From Bacteroidaceae bacterium (GTDB lineage Bacteria; Bacteroidota; Bacteroidia; Bacteroidales; Bacteroidaceae), in NCBI GenBank assembly GCA_045220575.1, contig JBGUVX010000032.1, positions 4,055 through 68,054 of the forward strand: a stretch of 64,000 nt of DNA, given 5' to 3'. This document shows, one piece after another, positions 45,631 to 57,661 of the stretch. Every line of letters begins with the position of its first letter. The first letter of the stretch is position 1. The translations under genes were made by a program, and so were the position numbers. The notes under the pieces were generated by a model, which had not been told where the DNA came from, ran no database searches, and saw only the letters and a program-made list of their open reading frames with translations.

Positions 45631-46313
45631 TGTTCGAGCCACGACTCGAAGTCGTCAATCTGCATACATTGCTCCACCCGAACATCAGCAATTCGTGTGC
45701 GGCGCAGGGCAATGAGGTGTGCCCCACTCTGCAGGGCCTGCCCTATGTCGCGAGCCAAGGCCCTTATATAGGTTCCCTTGCTGCAGACAATGCGAAGGGT
45801 CAGTTGCATCTTCCCTGCATCGAATGCCACAAGCTCCAGTTCATCGATAACCAGAATCTTCGGTTTCAACGGCACATCCTCGCCCCGTCGGGCCAGTTTG
45901 TACGCCCTGTGCCCATCGACCTTGCAGGCAGAGAAGGCAGGGGGAACCTGCTCGATGCGTCCCATGAAACGGGGCAGAATCTGCTGAATGAGCTCAAGGG
46001 TGATGTGTTCGGTGGGATAGGTCTGGTCTATGGGTTTCTCCAAGTCGAAGCAGGGCGTGGTGGCTCCCAGTTGCAAGGTTGCCACATATTCCTTGGTGCC
46101 TGCCTGCAGTTCATCGATGCGCTTTGTGGCGCGACCGGTGCAAACGATGAGCACCCCTGTTGCCAGAGGGTCGAGTGTGCCGGCATGTCCCACCTTCAAT
46201 TTCTTCAGACCGAGGCGCTGACAAAGCATCCAGCGCACCTTGGCCACCAGATTAAACGATGTCCAACGCAGCGGTTTGTCGAAATAGAGAATCTGTCCTT
46301 CTTCGAAATCCAT
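45603..46313 (-). CDS. truB: tRNA pseudouridine(55) synthase
   Basis: 236 aa. KVGHAGTLDPLATGVL catalytic block. The last ~8 codons (CQIGNSKS) are encoded by a heptamer tract. Confidence 0.93.
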   Translation of the reverse strand: MDFEEGQILYFDKPLRWTSFNLVAKVRWMLCQRLGLKKLKVGHAGTLDPLATGVLIVCTGRATKRIDELQAGTKEYVATLQLGATTPCFDLEKPIDQTYPTEHITLELIQQILPRFMGRIEQVPPAFSACKVDGHRAYKLARRGEDVPLKPKILVIDELELVAFDAGKMQLTLRIVCSKGTYIRALARDIGQALQSGAHLIALRRTRIADVRVEQCMQIDDFESWLEHCQIGNSKS

Positions 46314-46353
46314 ATTTCTTTGTTTTGCCCGGATAGCACCGGGTCATCCAAGG

Positions 46354-47157
46354 TTATCCCAGGAAGATTAGCAGCAAACCTACGATGGCACAATAGATGC
46401 CAAAGTAGATGAGTTTTCCACGGCGTACAATACCTATCATCCAACGGCAAGCCAGACATCCGCTGACGAAAGCAGCCAGAAAACCTGCCACAAGAGGCCA
46501 CAGTCCTATGCCGGCTGTTGCAGCCTCCGTCCCTTCCTTCATGGCCTTCATGACATCGAGCAATGCCTCACCTAATATGGGAGGTATGACCATCAGGAAG
46601 GAGAACTGTGCCAGCTTCTCCTTCTTGTTACCCAACAAAAGACCCGTGGCAATGGTGCTGCCCGAACGGCTGAGGCCTGGCAGGACGGCTGCGGCCTGAG
46701 CCAATCCGATGATGAAGGCATCTCCTAAAGAAACATACTCCTTACGGCGAGGTTTGGCGTAGTAGCTGAAAATGAGCAAAGCAGCCGTCAGCAGCAGGCA
46801 GCAGCCGACGACAAACAGTCCAGCGCCGAATATCTCTTCAACGTAGTCCTTAAAGAATACGCCCACAATGCCCACGGGAATCATTGAGACCAAGATGGCC
46901 AAAGCATAGCGCTGTTCGGCATTCATGGCTCCGTCCCACTTGAAGAGGCCGCGCAATATCCACACGATTTCCTTCCACAGGATGACGAGTGTAGAGAGCA
47001 CCGTAGCCACATGTACGGCAACGGTAAATGTAAGGTTCTGCTCTCCGTCGACACCCAAGAAATGCGATGCAATGGTCAGATGACCACTGCTCGATACGGG
47101 CAGGTACTCCGTCAGTCCCTGCAGTATGCCCATCAATATGGCTTCAATCGTACTCAT
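46354..47157 (-). CDS. uppP: Undecaprenyl-diphosphate phosphatase
   Basis: 267 aa. [18 protein letters not shown] and PGLSRSG motifs. Confidence 0.93.
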   Translation of the reverse strand: MSTIEAILMGILQGLTEYLPVSSSGHLTIASHFLGVDGEQNLTFTVAVHVATVLSTLVILWKEIVWILRGLFKWDGAMNAEQRYALAILVSMIPVGIVGVFFKDYVEEIFGAGLFVVGCCLLLTAALLIFSYYAKPRRKEYVSLGDAFIIGLAQAAAVLPGLSRSGSTIATGLLLGNKKEKLAQFSFLMVIPPILGEALLDVMKAMKEGTEAATAGIGLWPLVAGFLAAFVSGCLACRWMIGIVRRGKLIYFGIYCAIVGLLLIFLG

Positions 47158-47384
47158 GCCTTGTCGCTGGGTTTATGCATAATACCATAAATCATGAACA
47201 GGAATCCCAGGAAGCATACCACTGGGGCCACCTTGATGCGCTGGGCGCTGAAGATGTCAGCATTGAAGGTGGTCTCGTTGCTACCCGAGCCAGCCATCAA
47301 CACAAAGCCCAGAATGATGACAACCATGCCGATAGCCAGCAGGATGTAGTTCATTCGGCCAAATGCAAAATCTTTCTTACTCAT
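47154..47384 (-). CDS. DUF3098-like small 2-TM protein
   Basis: 76 aa with two TM helices. ATGA overlap with uppP. Its position between ftsX and uppP is typical of Bacteroidota, from memory. Confidence 0.7.
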   Translation of the reverse strand: MSKKDFAFGRMNYILLAIGMVVIILGFVLMAGSGSNETTFNADIFSAQRIKVAPVVCFLGFLFMIYGIMHKPSDKA

Positions 47385-47412
47385 ATCTAATGTTTAGTCG
47401 TTAATGTGAGTT
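47385..47412. repeat. Short heptamer tract
   Basis: ATCTAAT GTTTAGT CGTTAAT GTGAGTT. It is the whole ftsX-to-DUF3098 spacer. Confidence 0.6.
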
Positions 47413-48284
47413 TAACCGTAAAGCTCCTTTTCGCGCATGGAGAGGAAGTGGCTGACGCTGATGAAGGTGCAGAGCAGCGTCAAAAGCAATCCGCAGCCCA
47501 AGACTGCCAAAGCCGTAATGATGACATTCTCCTGCGTAACATAGGCCTGCATAACAGGGTCGTAGTTCCACAGCGCACGGATGCCTCCGAGCAAGACGGC
47601 ATCGGCCAACACGCTTGCAGCCAGTCCTATCCACAAGGCACGCAGCATGAAGGGACGTCGGATGAATCCCCAACTGGCACCCACGAGCTTCATGGTGTGT
47701 ATGATGAAGCGACGCGAATAGACCGACAGGCGCACGGTATTGTTGATGAGCACCAGCGTAACGAGCAACAGCAGAATCGCAATGCCCAGCAGTACGTAGG
47801 TCACTTTACGCAGGTTGCTGTTCAGTCGCTCTATCAGTTCCTTCTGGTATATGACGTCCGTCACCAGTTTGTTGCTCTTCAGGCGCTTGCTTATCCACAG
47901 CAGGCTGTCGGTGCAGGCATAGTCAGCTACGAGGTACAGTTCCAGCGAGGGGGTGAAAGGGTTCACTCCTCCCAGGAAGTCTGTTGGATCGGTGCCCAAG
48001 GCTTCGGTCTGCTCTTCGAGAGCCTGTTCGCGGCTGATGAAGGTGATGTCCTTCACCCAGGGACGTTTCTCAAGCTTTGCCTTGTAGTCGAGCGCATCCT
48101 GATTCGAGGCGTCGTCGCCCATCATCACCATGACGGTCAGGCTTTCCCTCACACTCTCGCTCAACTGTCGGGCGGTGAGGGCACAAATGACAACCAGCCC
48201 CATCAGTATGAGCACAAAGGTCGTACTGATGGTGCTGGTGAGGGCCTGCCAACGCAGGGATATCTTCTTTCTTTTTCTTGGCAT
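47412..48284 (-). CDS. ftsX: FtsX-like cell-division permease
   Basis: 290 aa with 4 TM helices and a periplasmic loop; FtsX topology. Confidence 0.8.
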   Translation of the reverse strand: MPRKRKKISLRWQALTSTISTTFVLILMGLVVICALTARQLSESVRESLTVMVMMGDDASNQDALDYKAKLEKRPWVKDITFISREQALEEQTEALGTDPTDFLGGVNPFTPSLELYLVADYACTDSLLWISKRLKSNKLVTDVIYQKELIERLNSNLRKVTYVLLGIAILLLLVTLVLINNTVRLSVYSRRFIIHTMKLVGASWGFIRRPFMLRALWIGLAASVLADAVLLGGIRALWNYDPVMQAYVTQENVIITALAVLGCGLLLTLLCTFISVSHFLSMREKELYG

Positions 48285-48291
48285 TACACAG

Positions 48292-48326
48292 CGCTTAGTT
48301 CTTCACTTCTATTTCTTAATCCTTCA
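48292..48326. repeat. Heptamer tract (CTT words)
   Basis: CGCTTAG TTCTTCA CTTCTAT TTCTTAA TCCTTCA. It overlaps the stop of the CoA-transferase gene. Confidence 0.65.
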
Positions 48327-49830
48327 AATACTCAGCCCAGTCGGTCAAGCGCATATCACCTTTGCGCAGGAAGGTATCGTGCATGGCAAAGGCAGCGCTG
48401 AGGCAGTGGTGAGTGTGACCACCCGTCTTCTCGGCATACTTCAGGTAGTCCATCAGCATGGGGCGATAGTCGGGATGAGCCACCTTGATGAGTTCGAGGC
48501 TCTTCTGCATGTCGCTCTTGTGACGCAGGTCAGCCACGCCGTATTCCGTAATCACGGCATTGACAAAGTGGTTGGTGTGGTCGATGTGGCTGGCGAAGGG
48601 CACGATGCTCGAAATGGCACCACCCTTGGTGGTAGAGCCGCAGGTGAAGATAGAGAGGTAGGCATTATTCGTGAAGTCGGCGCTTCCACCGATGCCGTTC
48701 ATCATCTTCGTACCGCAAATCTTGGTGGAGTTGACGTGTCCATAGAGGTCAACCTCGATAGCAGTGTTCAGCGAGCAAACGCCGATGCGTGCAATGACTT
48801 CGGGATTGTTGGAGATTTCGGAGGGACGCAGCACCAGCTTGTCCTTAAAGAAGTCCATATCACGATAGATGCCCTTCATGCACTCGTTTGTGACGGTGAG
48901 CGAGCAGGCAGAGGCAGAGAGCACGCGGCCCTCGCGCATCAATTCGATGGGAGCATCCTGCAGCACCTCGGTGTAGATGTTGAAGTTGGGCACCTCGGGG
49001 CACTGTCCCAGTGCGCCCAGCACGGCGTTTGCACCACTGCCCACACCGCTCTGCAGGTTCAGGAATGTGGGAGGAATCTTGCCTGCCTTCATGTTTGCCA
49101 GCAGGAAGTCGGCTACGTTCTGACCAATCTGTGTGGTGATGGGGTCGGCATCCTTGAACGAACGGGCCTCATCGGGGATATTGCCCTCTACAACGCCTAC
49201 GATGCGGTCGGCATCCACCTCGATATAGGGTTTACCGATGCGGTCGCTGGGCTTCATAATCATGATGGGCTTACGGTAGGGATGGTCCTCTATCTCGTAA
49301 ACGTCGTGAATGCCCATTCCGCTACGCTCGTGGAAGGCGTTCAGCTCGATGATGATGCCCTCGGTGGCCAGTCGGCAGACAGTGGGGGCGATACCGCCGG
49401 CAGCAGTCAGGTAGATGTGTGCCTTGTTGCCAACCTTCTCGATAGCGCAAGCCTCGATAATAGCCCAGTTGACAGGGCCAAGATAGCCTTGGCGAATCTG
49501 CGTGGCCATGTTCGAGAGGTTCAGGTCGCTATAGTTCAGCTCGTTCAGGTTCACGTGTTTACGGAAGTCAGGGTTCGTAGTGTAGGGGGCGCGGAAGTCG
49601 ATTGCCTGTGCGTTCGACATAGCACCGTCGCAGCTCTGACCCGTAGAGGCTCCCGTAAAGATGTTTACCTTGTAGGGGCGTCCGGCAGCATGTTCTGCCT
49701 CTGCCAGCTTAGCAATCTCGGCAGTAGTCATCTTGGCTGTGCCGGCAGGTGTGAATCCACTCAATCCGATGGTCTGACCATTCTTTACCAACGCTGCAGC
49801 TTCGGCAGCGGTAATTTTATTGAAATCCAT
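48316..49830 (-). CDS. Acetyl-CoA hydrolase/transferase family protein (succinate/acetate CoA-transferase type)
   Basis: 504 aa. GLSGFTPAG, SGVGSGANAVL, and the EVDLYGHVNST...NGIGGSADF blocks. Confidence 0.88.
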   Translation of the reverse strand: MDFNKITAAEAAALVKNGQTIGLSGFTPAGTAKMTTAEIAKLAEAEHAAGRPYKVNIFTGASTGQSCDGAMSNAQAIDFRAPYTTNPDFRKHVNLNELNYSDLNLSNMATQIRQGYLGPVNWAIIEACAIEKVGNKAHIYLTAAGGIAPTVCRLATEGIIIELNAFHERSGMGIHDVYEIEDHPYRKPIMIMKPSDRIGKPYIEVDADRIVGVVEGNIPDEARSFKDADPITTQIGQNVADFLLANMKAGKIPPTFLNLQSGVGSGANAVLGALGQCPEVPNFNIYTEVLQDAPIELMREGRVLSASACSLTVTNECMKGIYRDMDFFKDKLVLRPSEISNNPEVIARIGVCSLNTAIEVDLYGHVNSTKICGTKMMNGIGGSADFTNNAYLSIFTCGSTTKGGAISSIVPFASHIDHTNHFVNAVITEYGVADLRHKSDMQKSLELIKVAHPDYRPMLMDYLKYAEKTGGHTHHCLSAAFAMHDTFLRKGDMRLTDWAEYLKD

Positions 49831-49863
49831 ATTGTTTTAGTTTTGATTTTGGTTTAGCGCGTG

Positions 49864-49871
49864 CAAAGATA
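49864..49871 (-). promoter_or_regulatory. -7 box TATCTTTG for the CoA-transferase gene
   Basis: Reverse complement of CAAAGATA; 34 nt upstream of the ATG at 49830. Confidence 0.55.
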
Positions 49872-49875
49872 CAAT

Positions 49876-49920
49876 AATTTAATTAAAAATTAAAATATTG
49901 AAAATTAAAATTTGATTTGA
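49876..49920. repeat. Heptamer tract (TTAAAAA words)
   Basis: ...TTAAAAA TTAAAAT ATTGAAA ATTAAAA TTTGATT TGA. It lies between the pyrH stop and the CoA-transferase promoter. Confidence 0.75.
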
Positions 49921-49924
49921 GGGC

Positions 49925-50635
49925 TCAATTATGCACGAGCGTACCTATTTCCTCGCCTGCCATCACCTTCTTCAGGTTGCCGACGATGTCCATGTTGAAG
50001 ACGTAGATGGGCAGGTCGTTCATCTTACACATGGTAGTGGCTGTCAGGTCCATCACCTTCAGACCGCGGTTGTAAATTTCGTCGTAGGTGATTTCCTTGA
50101 ACTTCGTAGCCGTGGGGTCTTTCTCCGGGTCGGCGGTATAAACGCCATCTACACGTGTTCCCTTCAGCATCACGTCGGCCTCAATCTCTATGCCGCGAAG
50201 CGAAGAGCCCGTGTCGGTAGTGAAGTAGGGATTGCCTGTCCCGCCACTCATGATGACCACCTCGCCGCGCTCCATTGCCTCGATGGCCTTCCATTTAGTG
50301 TACAGCTCGCCGATGGGTTCCATGCGGATAGCCGTCAGCACCGTCGTCTTTTGTCCGATGGCTTGCAGGGCACTGCACAGGCCCAGCGAGTTGATGACGG
50401 TTGCCAGCATTCCCATCTGGTCGCCCCTGACGCGGTCGAAGCCCTTGCCGGCTCCAGTCAGACCGCGGAAGATGTTTCCGCCTCCGATGACGATTCCCAC
50501 CTGGACACCCATGTCCACTACTTCCTTAATCTGACGTGCATAGTCGTTCAGACGGTTCACGTCGATGCCATAACCCTGTTCTCCCTGCAGGCTCTCGCCC
50601 GAGAGCTTCAGCAGAATTCTCTTAAACTTTGCCAT
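49925..50635 (-). CDS. pyrH: UMP kinase
   Basis: 236 aa. RILLKLSGE, VIGGGNIFRG, TGNPYFTTD. Confidence 0.96.
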   Translation of the reverse strand: MAKFKRILLKLSGESLQGEQGYGIDVNRLNDYARQIKEVVDMGVQVGIVIGGGNIFRGLTGAGKGFDRVRGDQMGMLATVINSLGLCSALQAIGQKTTVLTAIRMEPIGELYTKWKAIEAMERGEVVIMSGGTGNPYFTTDTGSSLRGIEIEADVMLKGTRVDGVYTADPEKDPTATKFKEITYDEIYNRGLKVMDLTATTMCKMNDLPIYVFNMDIVGNLKKVMAGEEIGTLVHN

Positions 50636-50677
50636 AATATCTTAATTCTTAACTCTTAATTTTTAATTCTTAATTTG
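50636..50677. repeat. Heptamer tract (TAATTCT words), inverted relative to 49876-49920
   Basis: AATATCT TAATTCT TAACTCT TAATTTT TAATTCT TAATTTG. It encodes the birA C-terminal KLRIKN plus stop, and the whole birA-pyrH spacer. Confidence 0.85.
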
Positions 50678-51891
50678 TATTCCACTTCCTTAAAGCCATA
50701 GCTTCGTTTTCTGCCCGTTTCATCGACAATTATCAGGTGCCCCGCAGGCTCCACATCCACGATGGTGCCCACGAACTCCCCATCCTTGTCGCGAAACGTA
50801 TGCTTCTCGCCGCGACGATAGAGTTGATCGAGGTACATCTCGTGCAGTTCGTCCAACCGCCCCTGTTCCGTCCACTCGTAGTAGTGGGTAAAGTTCTCCA
50901 CCACCCTTTCAAGGACGAAGCGACGTTCCACCTCCTCGCCCACAATCTGTACCAACGACACAGGTTCTGCCATTCGTCGCAGGCCGTCCTGTTGGGTTCT
51001 GTCGAATGTGAACTCCGTCTGGTTAATGTTGATGCCCACGCCCATCACCGAGCGCTCTATCCTGTCGCCCCTCAGTTCGTTCTCGATGAGCATTCCACAT
51101 ATCTTCCTGTCGCCCCAATAAATATCGTTGGGCCACTTGATTTGAAGCCCCCCACCATCTCCCCCCATAATGGGGGAGGGTTGCAAAGCCACTTGAAGAG
51201 TACGACACACGTTTTGTGTATTACCAATTATTTCTTCGTTCGTGAAACGTATAACTCTGAACCCCATACGTTGTAGCGAGGCTGTTCTATCGGCATCACA
51301 TTCCTTTTGCTCCGAGTGTTTATGGTAGCCACCATCTATTTCAACTATCAAGTTGTGCTGAAGGCATACGAAATCAACTATATAGTCTCCAATAATATGT
51401 TGTCTTCTGAAGGAAACCCCCAGATTTTTATTTTTTAATATTTCCCACATAGCATTCTCTGCCTCTGTGGGATATTGTCTGTTTTCTTTTGCGAATTCCT
51501 TCAGCAGTTTGTATCTGTCTGGCGAGGCTGTCTTATAGGCATCACGTCCATTACTGCGGGCAAAGTCCCCCCTCATGGGGGGATTTAGGGAGGCCTGGAT
51601 GGCGAGGGAAAGGACCTCGCTGAGGACGAACATGCGGTCGGCAGGGATGTGGCGAGGGTGCAGGAGCAAGCTGAACAGCAGGTTCTGCCCAGGCTGCGAC
51701 TCCCACCGGTTGCTGCCCGCCCCGCGACCAGCCGTCTGGTATTCCGCCGTCACCAGCGTCAAGCGTCGCTCCGGCCCCACAGGGCGGTAGTTGCGCAGGA
51801 AGTCGTTCGTGCTCGTCACCTCCCCCAGCTCCACCATACGGAACTCGGGCGAGTCGTCCAGACAAAAATGTCTATCCAATTTATAGTCCAT
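50656..51891 (-). CDS. birA: Biotin--[acetyl-CoA-carboxylase] ligase interrupted in frame by a ~145-aa DUF559 endonuclease cassette
   Basis: Starts at the ATG at 51891 (MDYKL), downstream of the -7 box at 51929-51936. BirA blocks are TAEYQTAGRGAGSNRWES and, after the insert, IKWPNDIYWGDRKICGMLIE, GVGININ. One uninterrupted reading frame runs through the insert. Confidence 0.85.
   Translation of the reverse strand: MDYKLDRHFCLDDSPEFRMVELGEVTSTNDFLRNYRPVGPERRLTLVTAEYQTAGRGAGSNRWESQPGQNLLFSLLLHPRHIPADRMFVLSEVLSLAIQASLNPPMRGDFARSNGRDAYKTASPDRYKLLKEFAKENRQYPTEAENAMWEILKNKNLGVSFRRQHIIGDYIVDFVCLQHNLIVEIDGGYHKHSEQKECDADRTASLQRMGFRVIRFTNEEIIGNTQNVCRTLQVALQPSPIMGGDGGGLQIKWPNDIYWGDRKICGMLIENELRGDRIERSVMGVGININQTEFTFDRTQQDGLRRMAEPVSLVQIVGEEVERRFVLERVVENFTHYYEWTEQGRLDELHEMYLDQLYRRGEKHTFRDKDGEFVGTIVDVEPAGHLIIVDETGRKRSYGFKEVEYKLRIKN
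51147..51593 (-). mobile_element. Palindrome-bounded DUF559 (Vsr-like PD-(D/E)xK endonuclease) cassette inserted in frame in birA
   Basis: The encoded segment PPMRGD...YPTEAENAMWEILKNKNLGVSFRRQHIIGDYIVDFVCLQHNLIVEIDGGYH...RMGFRVIRFTNEEI...SPIMGGDGGGLQ matches DUF559 as I recall it. Its boundaries are CCCCCCTCATGGGGGG (51567-51582) and CCCCCATAATGGGGG (51162-51176). The interior is visibly AT-rich compared with birA. Confidence 0.75.
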
Positions 51892-51928
51892 AACCTGATG
51901 GCAACGCGATGCCGATATCAAAACCACA

Positions 51929-51936
51929 CAAAGATA
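51929..51936 (-). promoter_or_regulatory. -7 box TATCTTTG for birA
   Basis: Reverse complement of CAAAGATA; 38 nt upstream of the ATG at 51891. It lies inside the longer track ORF, which argues for the shorter start. Confidence 0.55.
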
Positions 51937-52017
51937 GAAAATATTTGCGAATTGTGCATTATGAATCCCGCTTTATTTATGGATTAGGTCTTAATCAACG
52001 TGAGTTCTTGGACAAGG

Positions 52018-52237
52018 CGACGTGTTGTTAACGATAAGACGACGTGTCGTATCCTTCGAAGCGACGTGTCGTTAGTTTAAAAGGATAATTATCCGACATC
52101 GATAGGATAATTATCCGATGGCATTAACATAATTATCCGTTTGTGATAGGATAATTATCCTGTTTTGAAAAGATAATTGCACGAGTAAAGCAACGATACG
52201 TCGCTTGGAGGCAAACAACGTGTCGCTCCGCCTGTTT
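52018..52237. repeat. Ten contiguous 22-bp phased units: 3x CGACGTGT(C/T)G, 5x (G)GATAATTATCC-type, 2x ACGT(G)TCGC-type
   Basis: Units start at 52018, 52040, 52062, 52084, 52106, 52128, 52150, 52172, 52194 and 52216. The perfect 12-bp palindrome GGATAATTATCC occurs at 52083, 52105 and 52149, with degenerate copies at 52127 and 52171. Confidence 0.9.
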
Positions 52238-52410
52238 TTTCCCGTTGAGTTTGGCGGAAGGAACGGAATACATTCCATACACTTCTTGCAGATGGGAAAA
52301 GGGGAACAAAAGGTTAGTAGATAGGGAGAGTTTTTGGTCGTTTGGCTTTTTATTTGTAATTTTAGCGCGAAATAAACGATATTGCCCATAAAAACATAGA
52401 AGAAAGTCTC

Positions 52411-56966
<4,556 letters not shown>

Positions 56967-56968
56967 GC

Positions 56969-57649
56969 ATGAAAGTTATAGTATCGAAGGAAATAGAACA
57001 GGTGTGCCCCGATTTCGTGGGGGCCTGCGTGGAGGCACAAGTGGTGAATTCGCCCTATTGTCAGGAGCTTTGGCAAGAGATAGAGGTGTTGGGCGAGCGC
57101 TTCCGCAGCGAACTGACAACGGAGTCGCTGAAAGACATAGCCAGCATTGCCGCCACCCGCAGGGTATACAAGGCCTGCGGCAAGGACCCCTCGCGCTACC
57201 GGCCCGCCTCAGAGGCACTGATACGGCGCGTGCTGCAAGGCAAGGAACTCTATCAGCGCGACACGCTGGTGGACTTGGTGAATCTGGCCTCCATAGCCTA
57301 TGGTTACAGCATCGGAGGCTTCGATGCCGACCGCTTCGTGGGCGACACGCTGACGCTGGGCATCGGACGCGAAGGCGAACCCTATGAGGGCATCGGACGG
57401 GGTATGCTGAACATCGAGGGACTGCCCGTCTATCGCGATGCCATGGGCGGAGTGGGTACTCCCACCAGCGACAACGAGCGAACGAAAATGACGCTCGACA
57501 CCACACATCTGGTGGTGCTAATCAACGGATACGACGGCAACGAACAGCGCGTCCGTGAGAATGCCGAATACATCCAGCAGCTTCTTCGCAGGTATTGCCA
57601 AAGCGACGGGGGAAGTTATGAAGTGTACAGAAGCCCCTCTTCTAATTAA
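56969..57649 (+). CDS. B3/B4 tRNA-binding-domain protein (PheT-related)
   Basis: Re-called from the ATG at 56969 (MKVIVSKEI). The track ORF from 56750 would overlap the GH2 gene. RRVYKACGKDPSRYRPASEAL and LVDLVN are typical of the family. Confidence 0.75.
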   Translation: MKVIVSKEIEQVCPDFVGACVEAQVVNSPYCQELWQEIEVLGERFRSELTTESLKDIASIAATRRVYKACGKDPSRYRPASEALIRRVLQGKELYQRDTLVDLVNLASIAYGYSIGGFDADRFVGDTLTLGIGREGEPYEGIGRGMLNIEGLPVYRDAMGGVGTPTSDNERTKMTLDTTHLVVLINGYDGNEQRVRENAEYIQQLLRRYCQSDGGSYEVYRSPSSN

Positions 57650-57661
57650 TGAGGGAATAAA

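Noticed and set aside
47406-49857. + strand ORFs 47406-48401 (331 aa) and 48130-49857 (575 aa)
   Set aside because: They are antisense to ftsX and to the CoA-transferase gene, both well supported.
51147-51593. Intein or other protein-splicing element in BirA
   Set aside because: There is no Cys/Ser/Thr nucleophile at either junction, no terminal His-Asn and no Hint-domain blocks. The inserted domain is a Vsr/DUF559-type fold, not a LAGLIDADG or HNH homing endonuclease within an intein.
52018-52237. Possible chromosomal origin (oriC): TTATCC half of the DnaA box inside each GGATAATTATCC, an AT-rich stretch and divergent gene orientation
   Set aside because: There is no full TTATCCACA box in the region and no dnaA or dnaN nearby. 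Gene orientation switches many times elsewhere in the window. A few hand-counted lines showed no clear G/C skew change. I keep it only as a hypothesis to test with whole-replicon skew.
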